From positions 153,684,595-153,726,813 of the forward strand of contig NC_068981.1 of NCBI RefSeq assembly GCF_001194135.2: a stretch of DNA of 42,219 bases, in the 5' to 3' direction. Source of the DNA: Octopus bimaculoides (Eukaryota). The translations under genes were made by a program, and so were the position numbers. Under the pieces are notes generated by a model that was given only the letters and a program-made list of their open reading frames with translations, had not been told where the DNA came from and made no database searches. Positions 24,101 through 35,495 of the stretch are shown one piece after another. How positions within the stretch are numbered: the first letter of the stretch is position 1; the number at the start of each line of letters is the position of its first letter.

Positions 24101-24920
24101 CTCCTAAGAAAATGAAATTTGTTGAGCTAACTTAGAACAAAGATTTCTGCACCAAACAAACATGTACTACTCCAAAATTCAACATTCTAATCAATGAATG
24201 CAAATATTTGACGAAGATTTTTGGAGTTATCTTGTTCCTCTAAACATCTAAATTTAACTATCTCAAAAGTGTTTGCTTCCTTAAATTTTATACAATATTT
24301 ATATGAACATATACAGTTGCTGCAAACACCAATAGTTCCAGAACTAGCTCGTTTACATTAGAATTATTAAAGCTACATCAATTCTTCTCCAGATATATAT
24401 ATTTTTTTTATTTTTTCCAAAAACTTCTTAACAAGCTATTAAATAAGTAGCTATTTTCCAACACAGCATTACAAAATATTTCTAAATACATTTAATGCCA
24501 AAGTGAAACAAACTCCAAGTCAATAACCAAAACTATGTACATACAACATTAAATCTCTGAACGAGGTATTAACAGTAACTGCACGACAAGGTGCAAGTAT
24601 ACTTCACCTTATGTACATACAATTTCCATTAAAACATAGCAGGGAAAATAACAAAAATAACCCAAAACATGAGAAATTAGTTGCATTCAATAGTTTTATA
24701 CCCAATATGATTCCTTATTCTTCATTTGTTTCAGTCATTTAACTGCAGCCATGTTGGAGCACCACCTTTTAGTCGAACAAATCGACCCCCAGGACATTCT
24801 TTGTAAGCCTAGTACATATTCTATCAGTGTCTTTTGCCAAACCGCTAAGTTACGGGAACGTAAACACATTAACATCAGTTATCAAGCAATGGTAGGGGGA
24901 CAAACACAGACACACAAACA

Positions 24921-24988
<68 letters not shown>

Positions 24989-27900
24989 TTCTTTCAGTTT
25001 CCGTCTACCAAATCCATTCACAAGGCTTTGGTTGGCACCAGGCAATAGTAGAAGACACTTGCCCAAGGTGCCACGCAGTGGGACTGAACCCGGAACCATG
25101 TGGTTGGCAAACAAGTTACTCCCCATACAGCCACTACTGTGCTTATGGTCATTCTTTTTGCACACAAACTCAACACTTTAGCAATGAGTCTTATAACAAA
25201 TGAACACAACTTACAGTAGGTTTCTTTCCCTCTTTGAGCAACGTTTTACGTCGTAAGCACCCTTCATATGTGAAATTTGTTTCATGAGTGTCTTCAGAGC
25301 CACGGGTTCTGAAAATTATGAAAACATTTTAAAATTTAATAAAAAAACAAAAATAAAATACAATCTGCAAATTTAATAACTAGAGTAGTGGTTCTTTTTT
25401 TTTTTTTGCTTTGTAGTCCTCCCCGCCAAGTTGTTGCTATGCCTAGCACTCACCTAAGTGGCAAGTGAGGTATCAGGACTAAACTAACATAACATAACAT
25501 GAATGATTATATATTTTACACTAAAAATGGATTGAGTAAGCTTTTTAACAGTGAAGTGAAAAAAGAAATTGAAGAAATAATTGTAAATTTACTTTATACA
25601 TTGTAAGTTAATGACTTCCCTGTGTGTGATGAGATCTCATTTTATTTAAATAGCCATTACTAGTTTTATCATGTATAATATAATTACTACTATAGGTAAA
25701 ATTTAGCATGTTGATTATGTTACCCCACTGCCCCTTAAAGCTTAAAGCCCTCTTCAGCATGCCCAGTGATCTCCTTGGGGGTGGTACTGCCCACATTGAG
25801 AGCCTCTGAACTAGAGGGTAATAAGTACACCCAAACATCACTTACAAGCAGGTATGACTTGGTAACAAAAACCAGGTTTCCATAACTTGTTTTTGGTACC
25901 TAAGAAGTCACAAACGTATATAGATACAATCTTGGCCCCTCAGCCTTAACTGATCAGAACACCCAGAATGTGACAAGAGGAAAGAGAAAGGCTGCACCTA
26001 CACACTGGTTGGTACTCAATACAGCTGAGTAGACTGGAGCAATGTAGAATGAAGTACCTTGCTCAAGGACACAATGTACAGCCAAGTCAAGGAATTAAAC
26101 CTACAACCTTATAATTGTAAGCTAAATACCTTAACCACTAGAGAATAACTGTTGCTGCAATAATTAATTACATGGTTGGGCGTGTTACATTTCAGTTATA
26201 AAATCATTCAAACAAAAGAAGGAAAACATTGTTGCCAAAACTTTACATTAAAATAACTAGAACTGTAGAAAGATGGTAGCAGAGTCTTTATTACAAACAG
26301 ATTGCTGGTTATGAAGCAAAAATGTAATGGTTGTCAATATTTACCTTTCCATAGCTGGCCATAAAGAATCTGGCTCAAGATTACATGTGAATGTGATATC
26401 ACGATCAAAAGCTATAAGAACAAAGGAGTATATATTAAGAAAAAAAGTTTTTCTGAAAATTTGGCACAATAAATTTGTTATATACTAACAGCAAATGAAA
26501 AACATTCCAGCAATTTTTGTATCTATGTGTATGTGCGGGTGTGTACATGCACGCTTGTGTAAAATAACAATTAAACAACAGGTTATATTTTGGTAAAATG
26601 CTATATTGTTAGTCAGACACTTTGACTAGATTTAAACAAAAATTGTTATCTTTTGACAAGGAACTAAGCCTCTCATTGCAGTGGAGGGATAGAATTGATT
26701 GAAATCAAGGCTAGTATATTATTCATATTTCATTAACCCTAAAAAGATGAAAGGTGAAGTTGACTGCAGGATATAGAGAAATAAAACTAAATACTTTAGT
26801 TCCAACAATTCAATGCTTGATTTAATTAGGCATCGAGAGAAATACTATTAGTCAAAATTATAACAAAAGAAATTTGAAGTAAGAAATATTTATATGGGAA
26901 GCCAAATACTGCTAAAAGCTTATATCCTAACCAAGTAAAACTGTTAGAAAATGTTTCTTTTAATGATTTTGAAATTCTCTTCAACCATTTTAAAATTATG
27001 TGAATGCAGATGTACATTATAAATTCACGTGCAAGGGTGTATATGCCTGCAGGGTAGTTGTAACTGTTGATATGTGGAGAGGTAAGTGCATAACAAATGT
27101 GTAGGAAATCAATGCAAGTGTTTGAGACTACCATATTTGCATTCAAATACATATGCACATACAATGCAGTATGCTACACAGTGATGTGTGTGTGTGTGTG
27201 TGATAAAATACATAAATCTTAGGAAAACTTAACGGTGATTTTGGAGGAAAATGTATGTGTACATGTTGTGGCCATTTGCAACTAAATTCAAATTTAGAAA
27301 ATATTTAAAAAATAACTTACCTGTCAATTTCCCCGACATGGAACCTTCATTCGAGGCACATGGTGACTCTTCTAAAACACTGTCATCCAGCAGATGTCGA
27401 ATGCCTTGCACATATGGTGCAGTCGTGCGTGACGGTAGACTGAAGGCTTTCTCATGAGGGTGAGTACAGCTCATGAAGCTGTAACACAAATAGGAGCTAT
27501 GAGGAAAGCAAGGAAAGTGGGGGGTAGTTATGAGAGCAACAGGGGTAAAAATTGGCACCAGAGCTGTTTTGCACTGGATACTGACTTCATAGACTTACCT
27601 GTGACCAATACAAGCAGGTGGAATCAACATTGACACCATATCAGAAAAACCCACCATATCAGTCGTTGATAGTTACAATAATGACAACATTTTAATACAA
27701 ATAGAGTCAACATATCAAGTGGAAGAGAGAGTCACTATAGTACACTACTAGTCCATATAGAGTGAATCGCCTTAACAACAATCATCATTATATCCATGCT
27801 GGCATAGGTTGGACAGACCATCACTATCTAAGTCTGTTATTATTCAGAGTTACTGCCCTTATAAAAATAAATGAAAAGAGTAGGCCTAAATGGTACAGTC

Positions 27901-29096
27901 ACTAGCGTAGCTAGGAGGCGGTATGGGTGACACTTTTGGGTCTGTTGTAGGCAATGTGCTTTTTGTGGTGGCCAGGGGCGGCAAACGTAATGGCCGCCTC
28001 ATGCGGCACACACTTCAGCTACACTAGTGGGTACAGTCAATTTTTGGCATGGTATCTATAGTCACGTAACACCAACCACTTTACAGAATGTATTAGAAGA
28101 ATTTTAAAAAAGGCAACAACACTAGAGAGGTTGTCATGCACTTAGCAAATCTAAAGAGTCCAGTGTATTCTACATTATTGTGACTATCTGTGAAAGATTG
28201 TTGAATTAAGCATTCGTAGCTTTCATAAGCACATGAAACATGTGTCTAATTGAATAGCTGTCAACTATAATATAAACTAACAGCTGCTGGCACCCAATTT
28301 CACTTACAAAGAGTTGATTGACGAGAGACTATGGTAAAAGGCCCTTACCCTACATGTGACAAGGTTATTAAACCAGAGACCTCATGATGGCAAAGTAATC
28401 ATATTGTATACACACACACACACACTGTGAAAGAAAGTCTTGTTAATGAATCTGGATCATCCCATACAAAGTGAACTTAATACTAAATTGATATATGTAG
28501 ACAGGGAGAACCACCATATCTGTGCTTGCAGGTAAAAGATACTGCATTCTTCCCTCTTTTGTCACAATGCTGCAATCCTTTTCTTCTGAAGTAGAGTAGC
28601 TAGTCAATGAAATTTATTTCAGTGTTTCACAGGAACTTATTTCATTTATCTGCTCCTTCCAGAAGTATGAAATAATTCTTTCAATTATAGGCGCACAGCC
28701 TGAAATTTTGTGGTAAGAAGTTATATTATATTGACTCCAGGGTGTAACGTGTACTTTAACACTCCACCCCACCCCATCCCACCCCATCATCTTGCCCAGA
28801 CGAAAAGCAAAGCTGACCCCTTCAAGATATGAGCTCAGAATGCAAAGATGCTCCAATAATTCTATCAGATAGGAAGATAGATAGATCTAATTGTAAATGT
28901 AAAAATATTTTTTAAATGTTTCTAAGAAATAGTGTTTTAAACAGAAATCACAATGTCACATGTTCAAACTCTCGATTGCTAATTACAAGGCAATAGTAGC
29001 ATCCAGAAGGCCAATAATGAAAGGTATTCCAACCATGACCATCCATCTTTTTTTATCTTTTCAGGCAATGTGTCTAGGTCTACATTAATCCAAAAC

Positions 29097-29130
<34 letters not shown>

Positions 29131-32100
29131 ACATCTAAGAAGTGCGGTAGGGTGTGTGATTTGAGTGAGATTTATTTTGTTACTATTTCTGGCATGAAGG
29201 CTCTTTCATTGCATAAAAAGATTACTAGATATCTGACCATAGTTATGCATATAAATAGTACCAATCAATATAACTGCATGTATTAATGTAACTCATTACA
29301 GGACAAACTATTTAAGTAACTTAGTGTATTGGAGAATGAAAGTCTATGATTTATGTGTGAATGCACAAGTGTACACTGGATATAGACTGGCATAAATTCA
29401 TCATAGTCAGATATGTTGAAAGAAATGAGTTTTGTTAGTAAAGTCCAGCAAATGAGAGTTTTACACTTCTGACCCTCAGTTACCTGATTACTGAAAACCT
29501 GAAACTGGTAGTTGTGACTAGAGAAGTTTTGACATCATCAATATCATCATTTAACATCTGCTTTCCAAGCTGTTATGGGTTAGACAGCTTGACTGGAACT
29601 GGTAAGCTAGAGAGCTGCACTAGGTTCCAATCTGAATTTGGCTTGGTTTCTACAGACGGATGCCCTTCCTAATGCCAACCACTCAGAGTGTAGAGTGTGT
29701 GTGTTTGTTGAAGAACACCACTTCTTTAATGCTACTGACATGATAAAATGATAGTAACAGTGCACAAAGTGAGTAGTGCAAGAAGGATATCCAGTCATAA
29801 AGTTAAAAGCATGACATACGCAAAGAAGGCTGCTGTTTTTCTTTGTTGCTAAGTATGCCAGGTGATGAGGTAGCAGAACAAGAAATGAAATGGTGTGAAA
29901 CCAATACAAATCATGCCAAAGGTGGTGCTCCAGCATGGTTGCAGTCAAAAGAGTAAAAGAGTATACAAAACAAAAAAAAAAAACAGATGTATGATGATGT
30001 TAATGTTGTGTACAAGACCTATTTTGTCACAAACGGAACAGTTCAATAAGGTCTCTGCGATGCTGAAAACTAATCAAAGAATAGTAATCAATTAAACCAA
30101 TGAATTAGCCATTATCTGAGGCGTGTCACTGAATGTGGCAGATGGCCAATGAAACTGACTGCTGGATTACCAAAAGAAATGTCAAGGATTTGTTTCTAAT
30201 CACTGATGGCTATGCCATGCCCATAATCAATACACTTAACTATCACTCATTCATTCCAACTGCTAGAAAAGAGGTACCTGTAGCATGTACAAACTATTGC
30301 TATTCATGGGGAACAGTGCATGACTAACATATGTTTTGTTATCTAGCAAAGCCAAGATCTTATATGAGCCAGTAGAAAATAATGGCAATCAATCCCAATG
30401 TACTCTTCAATAAATATTTTAATGGAACATCTGAAATGCGGGAGGGAGTTGAATCAAAAATTCATTTACAACTTAAATGTGGTTTTTTGATGTACATCAA
30501 CTACTGCTCGTTTCAATAATTAAAAGTATTACTTTTTATACTATAGAGATGCCCATCTCAAAAATAAATATTGGGAAATATTAAAACTGATTTGAGCACA
30601 AAAGCATGAATTTCAGTTTATGATATCCAAATGGGAATCTTCAGAGAACTTGTTTGTTCATATTCATTATATTACAAATCATTATGTCCTCATTTTATGT
30701 CCACTTTTCTATATTGGCATAGGTTGGAGAGGTCACTACAGTCCAAGTCAGTCCTTATTCAGAGATCCTGATTTCCTAAGGAAAGGGATCAGAAACAAAA
30801 GAGGAAAGGCAAAAGACAATAAAAAAAAAGAGATTTAGAGTAGACCATGTGATGTTGAGAGAGAAGAGGAAGAAGAACAGAGAAAAGATAGATTGAGAGA
30901 GACACATTGTAACGCAAACTAAACAGAAAGTGAAAAACAAACATATGCAACTAATAGACAAGGAAGCATTATTAAATACTGTTCTATTTTTGTCAGTTAC
31001 TTATGTTTTTATAGTATGACATAGCTGAAATTTTATTTTAATAATAGTAATTGGTAAAACAATTATGTAATATTGGTTTCAAATTTTGGCATGAGGCCAG
31101 CAATTTCGTGGGAGGGGGTTAAGTCAATTACATTGATCCCAATGTACTCTGAAAGTACGAAAAGCAAAGCTGACCCTGGCGGAATTTGAACTCAGAACAT
31201 AAAGACAAATGAAATGCCGCAAAGCATTTTATCCAACATGCTAACGATTCTGCCAGTTCACCAGCTTTAAAGCAAGAGAAAGGAGTGTTGGATTGCATCA
31301 TTATCAAAAGCATGTGGTGTTCCCTTGAATTTAATTTTGTAATATAAAAGTGAAAACGTGATGGTACCTGTGCCCAGCGTCGCCTTCCTGGCACATGTAA
31401 AGACATTCGAGCGAGATCGTTGCCAGTGCCGCTGGACTGGCTCCTGTGCAGGTTGCACGTAAAATACACCATTTTGAGCATGGCTGTTGCCAGTACCGCC
31501 TGACTGGCCTTCATGCCAGTGGCACGTAAAAGCACCCACTACACTCTCGGAGTGGTTGGCATTAGGAAGGGCATCCAGCTGTAGAAACTCTGCCAGATCA
31601 GATTGGAGACTGGTGTAGCCATCTGGTTCACCAGTCCTCAGTCAAATCGTCCAACCCATGCTAGCATGAAAAGCGGATGTTAAACGATGATGATGATGAA
31701 TATAAAACAAAACCAATATCAAAATCTTATTTATTGGAAATGACTTACTTTGCTCCTAAACTTTTACATTTCCGATGTCCGGGATTGAATTTTATTTGAG
31801 GAGCAGAACCTGGACTTAAGATGTTCGTACACCTTGGCTCTGTAGCTGGGGAGGAGGGTAGCGCAGAAACATCTTCACGAGAAGAGGATAAAGGTGACTG
31901 GCCTTGACTAGGTGGTTCTAACTTGAGAGATAATCTGAAAAGAAAACATTTTAAAGCTTCATTAAAATGCATGCATAAAGAAGACAACAAAAAAAAACTA
32001 AGAAATCAGCAATAATCATGAAAATGTTAGAACGCATTTAATTTGTTTAGATTGTATTTTAAACTGAACTTAAAACAAAAAACAATCAAAACAAATATGT

Positions 32101-35100
32101 AGCTCTTAATCAATAAGAGGTGATGGTGGTAGAATCAGCAGAGGAGGAGAATGAGGAGGAGGACTATGATGATTATGATGAACAGGAGTGATGGCGATGA
32201 TGAACAGGCGTGATGGTGATGAACAGGCGTGATGCCGATGAACAGGAGTGATGGACGATGAACAGACGTGATGGGCGATGAACACGTGTGACGGCTATGA
32301 ACACGCGTGATGGCGATGAACACGTGTGATGGTGATGATGATGAACAGGAGTGATGGTGATGATGATGATGATGAAGAACAGGAGTGATGATGATGATGA
32401 TGATGATGAAGAACAGGAGTGATGATGATGATGAACAGGAGTGATGCTGATGATGATGAATAGGAGTGATGGTGATGATGATGATGATGAACAGGAGTGA
32501 TGGTGATGATGATGATGATGATGAACAGGAGTGGTGATGGTGATGATGATGAACAGGAGTGGTGATGGTGATGATGATGAACAGGAGTGGTGATGGTGAT
32601 GATGATGAACAGGAGTGATGGTGGTGATGATGATGAACAGGAGTGATGGTGGTGATGGTGATGAACAGGAGTGATGGTGGTGATGGTGATGATGAACAGG
32701 AGTGATGTTGATGATGAACAGGAGTGATGCTGATGATGATGAACAGGAGTGATGGTGATGAACAGGAGTGATGGTGATGAACAGGAGTGATGCTGATGAA
32801 CAGGAGTGATGGTGATGAACAGGAGTGATGGTGATGATGAACAAAAGTGGTGGTGATGTTTGACTAAGTGAACCTTCACAGAATGTAATCATGATTAAGA
32901 TCATCCAATCTTTTTCAGACAATTTATTTCAAACTATATTATTCAATATGTCCCTTTTTAACCAACACAATATGCTGTGATTTAAGAGGAATTTTGGCTT
33001 CTATTTCTAGCAGGTCAAGCTACCACATTATCTCATGACTCACTGAAGTTCTACAAGATGGTGTTCATCATTCAGTTTTAATGAATTTCAGCAAGTGAAA
33101 AATAATAATTCACAGGTGGTATTCCCCTAGCAAGATGAATAGAACCTAAGTGGACTCTGTAATTGAGAATTAAGTATCTAGGCTGTAATCACAACCAATG
33201 TAAGTGATGCAAGCATGACTATGTGGTAAGAATTATGCTTACCAAGCACATGGTTTTGAGTTCAGTCCTACTGTGAGGCACACCTTGGACGAATGCTTTC
33301 TACTATAGCCTAGGGCTAACCAAAGCCTTGTGAGTGGATTCAGTAGACAGAAACTGAAAGAAATCCATTGCATGCATGTGCGTGTGTGGGCACATGTGCA
33401 TGCATGCTTTACTCTTTCTTTGCCCTGGCTTAACATAATAGTTGTAAACAAAAACAAGTGCTACCATCATGCAAGCAGTGTCCATTTCCAATCTTCCATG
33501 GAAACATGTCCAGCCATGGGGAAATAATACCTTACTTGAAAACAGGTGAGGATTAGCAACAGGATGGACATCCTGCCATAGAAAGTACACCTCATCAAAT
33601 TCTGTTTAACCCATATGTGCACGGAAATTTAGACATTAAAACAATGAGGATGCTGAGAGAGTATAAATACCTAATCACTACAATCTTAATGATTTCAGTC
33701 AGCCATACTCTCTGATGAATGACTACATAATCATCATCATTGTCGTCGTTTAACGTCCGCTTTCCATGCTAGCATGGGTTGGACGGTTTGACTGAGGACT
33801 GGCAAGCCAGAAGGCTGCACCAGGCTCCAATCTGATCTGGCAGAGTTTCTACAGCTGGATGCCCTTCCTAACGCCAACCACTCCAAGAGTATAGTAGGTG
33901 CTTTTATGTGCCACCAGCACGAGGGCCGAGAAAATAGATCTTTGGGATTGAGCGGACAAACCTATGATGAAAGGCATTCTAGTTACAACCAACCAGCCTT
34001 TCATTCAGACATTCGCATTTTTTTCATCTTATTGTAGTTGGGTGTGATTTGAGGGAAATTTAGCTACTATTTCTTGCAATCTAAGAGTACCCATTTAGAC
34101 TCTTTCATTAGGCTTTTTCTGAAAGTATTCTTTTTCCCTGATAAATCCCTTCAAAAAAACAACTCTTTCTCTTCTCCTTATTTGACTCTAAAGACAATAT
34201 CATATACATTCTCTCTGATGGCTGAAATAGATGCACCACATTTTACATCATTTTATACCACATTTCCAACTTAGAACACCACCAAAACCTCAATAACAAC
34301 CACAAAACATACATCAGAATATATGATGTCATTTTGGTAATGACTCACTTGAAACAAGTTTTACTTTCTATTATTATAATTTTATTCACAGCCAATAATT
34401 AAAAAACAGTAAAGATGATGCTCCAGTATGGTCTTAGTTGTGATGGTTGAAATGGACTGAAGTGTGCTCAAGTTTATCCCAGTCTTAGAATTATCTCTAA
34501 ACATGGCTAGGTGCAGGTATGGCTTTGTGGTTAAGAAGCTTGTTTTGCAACCATGTGGTTTTGGGTTCAGTCCCACTGCATGGTACCTTGTTCAAGCATC
34601 TTCAGCTATAGCCCCACATCAACAAATGCCTTGTGAGTGAATTTGGTAGAAAGAAACTGCGTAAAAGTCCTTTGTGTACTTCATAACTTAGCAGTTTGGC
34701 AAAAGAAACCAACAGAATAAGTACCAAACTTAATAAGTACCAGGGTCAATTTGTTTGACTAAAAGCTTTCAAGGCAGTGCTCCAGCATGGTCATAGTTCA
34801 ATGACTGAAGCAAGATAAAAATAGAGAGGATGCAGAATTATCACAGGAGTTTTCTCCATGAAAATAAAAGTAAAGCCCCTGTCAACTGTAGGATGTGATG
34901 CTTAGAGCATTGATTTGTACCTCTTCTGTTATTAACTGTGAAGTGGACTGAGACAGGGAGATTTATATATCATTACTACTTGGGCATGGCCCATTGCTAG
35001 CATTGCACTATGAATAGTTGGCTATTTAGTCAATAAACCTGCATTATATCAACTCAAGTCAGGTGTAACCCTCACTCGAACACTAATCAATGCCACCATT

Positions 35101-35495
35101 ATTAAATAAGAAATTTAAATGACTCCCAGTCTCAGAGAACAAGCTTTCATTTCAAAGCAAGGTCTTCCAGGCTACCAATGAATGACATAACTGATATCAT
35201 AGTTTGTCAATTCTTGAGACTATTCTTATTAATTGCCTTTATAGTTATTATAAGGTCAGGAAAATGCCTCTGGAGCAGCCCTGTTTAGAGTGGATTTGTG
35301 GAGAGGGAAAGAACAGAGGAGAGAACGAAAGAGAGAAAGAATAATTACAACATGCAATTGTGTGAAATAAAAGAAATAGAAACTATCATGGTTACACTTA
35401 CTTATAGTTATCATCTTCAACAAACTTCTGTAATTCTTCAATATAGCGAACAGACTTGAGATAATTTTGTACATGTTCTAAAACCTGAAGCTGAT
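18129..35495 (-). CDS. RALGPS: RalGPS-family Ral guanine nucleotide exchange factor, 5'-partial (9 exons, 920 nt): end of CDC25 GEF domain, linker and PH domain
   Basis: All intron phases are compatible. The spliced product includes [75 protein letters not shown] and NLMSFD*, all matching recalled RalGPS1/2 motifs. Confidence 0.95.
18315..18536. mobile_element. MITE with TAACCCTTT...AAAGGGTTA ends (piggyBac-like TTAA context)
   Basis: About 19-nt imperfect TIRs; the right end is GGG|TTAA, the left is degenerate. Confidence 0.55.
20337..20428 (-). CDS. RALGPS: RalGPS exon, 92 nt ((G)[30 protein letters not shown]): last PH strand and C-terminal helix
   Basis: acag|GA...AGG|gtaagt; phase 1 to 0. 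Confidence 0.93.
22316..22421 (-). CDS. RALGPS: RalGPS exon, 106 nt ([35 protein letters not shown])
   Basis: ttccag|TTC...AAAG|gtaat; phase 0 to 1. Confidence 0.93.
23271..23363 (-). CDS. RALGPS: RalGPS exon, 93 nt ([31 protein letters not shown])
   Basis: gtag|GTG...TCT|gtaagt; phase 0 to 0; PH strands 2-3. Confidence 0.95.
24715..25145 (-). mobile_element. SINE family B, full length, with an internal (TA)n expansion at about 24924-24985
   Basis: Head, body and tail all present; CpG-decayed relative to the 6815 copy. Confidence 0.9.
25215..25308 (-). CDS. RALGPS: RalGPS exon, 94 nt ([31 protein letters not shown]): start of PH domain
   Basis: ttttcag|A...ACT|gtaagt; phase 2 to 0. Confidence 0.94.
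25985..26140 (-). mobile_element. SINE family C, degraded
   Basis: Shares the GACTGGAGC..TG..GCTCAA..ACACAATG block with the 3105 copy. Confidence 0.55.
26345..26411 (-). CDS. RALGPS: RalGPS linker exon, 67 nt ((A)[21 protein letters not shown](R))
   Basis: ttcttatag|CT...AG|gtaaat; supplies the required phase 1 to 2 bridge; WPAMER resembles vertebrate WPAFER. Confidence 0.85.
27321..27478 (-). CDS. RALGPS: RalGPS linker exon, 158 nt ([12 protein letters not shown]...[13 protein letters not shown]...GKLT)
   Basis: gttacag|C...ACAG|gtaagt; phase 2 to 1. Confidence 0.92.
27900..28029. mobile_element. 130-bp hAT-type MITE with 13-bp TIRs and a perfect 8-bp TSD
   Basis: TIRs CACTAGCGTAGCT / AGCTACACTAGTG; GGTACAGT at both 27892-27899 and 28030-28037. 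Confidence 0.9.
28680..28830 (-). mobile_element. Degraded SINE family A fragment
   Basis: AGGCGCACAGCCTGAAATTTTG and AAAGCAAAGCTGACC match the reverse complement of the family A tail and body. Confidence 0.5.
29100..29128. repeat. (CT)n microsatellite
   Basis: Read directly. Confidence 0.9.
29535..29700 (-). mobile_element. RTE-type LINE 3' end with (GAT)n tail, degraded
   Basis: GGATGCCCTTCCTAATGCCAACCACTC is shared with the 33720 copy. Confidence 0.75.
31070..31262 (-). mobile_element. SINE family A
   Basis: GAATTTGAACTCAGAAC...CTAACGATTCTGCCAG is the reverse complement of the head. Confidence 0.8.
31340..31699 (+). mobile_element. RTE-type LINE 3' end with (GAT)n tail
   Basis: Ends GTTAAACGATGATGATGATG. 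RTE assignment is inferred from the short-tandem-repeat tail and recalled octopus repeats. Confidence 0.75.
31749..31934 (-). CDS. RALGPS: RalGPS exon, 186 nt (LSLKLEPP...[10 protein letters not shown]), symmetric phase 2-2
   Basis: ttttcag|A...AA|gtaagt. Confidence 0.95.
32160..32860. repeat. Compound minisatellite: about 28 units of GAACAGGAGTGATGGT(GAT)n
   Basis: Shortest unit is 19 bp; unit length varies with GAT copy number; left-hand units are diverged. Confidence 0.93.
33205..33655 (+). mobile_element. SINE with a family-B head and an RTE-like tail
   Basis: 33205-33365 matches the family B head; 33545-33655 resembles the RTE-type 3' end. Confidence 0.65.
33720..33930 (-). mobile_element. 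RTE-type LINE 3' end
   Basis: 33746-33914 is the ungapped reverse complement of 31519-31687, about 14 mismatches in 169. Confidence 0.85.
34505..34825 (+). mobile_element. SINE family B with an internal deletion
   Basis: Head and tail match the 2399 copy. Confidence 0.85.
35402..35495 (-). CDS. RALGPS: RalGPS exon, 94 nt ((D)[30 protein letters not shown](K)): end of CDC25 domain
   Basis: ttcttttgtag|AT...AA|gtaagt; phase 1 to 2. Confidence 0.93.

Noticed and set aside
25608-25841. GC-richer 77-aa ORF in the RalGPS intron
   Set aside because: Both possible acceptors give stops in the phase required by this intron.
32135-32922. His/Ser/Ile-rich 194-249-aa ORFs
   Set aside because: By-product of the (CAT)n minisatellite; no splice sites link them to RalGPS.
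35459-35480. Acceptor ttttag|AA at 35477
   Set aside because: The acceptor at 35495 has a stronger pyrimidine tract and restores six residues (DQLQVLE) matching recalled homologues.
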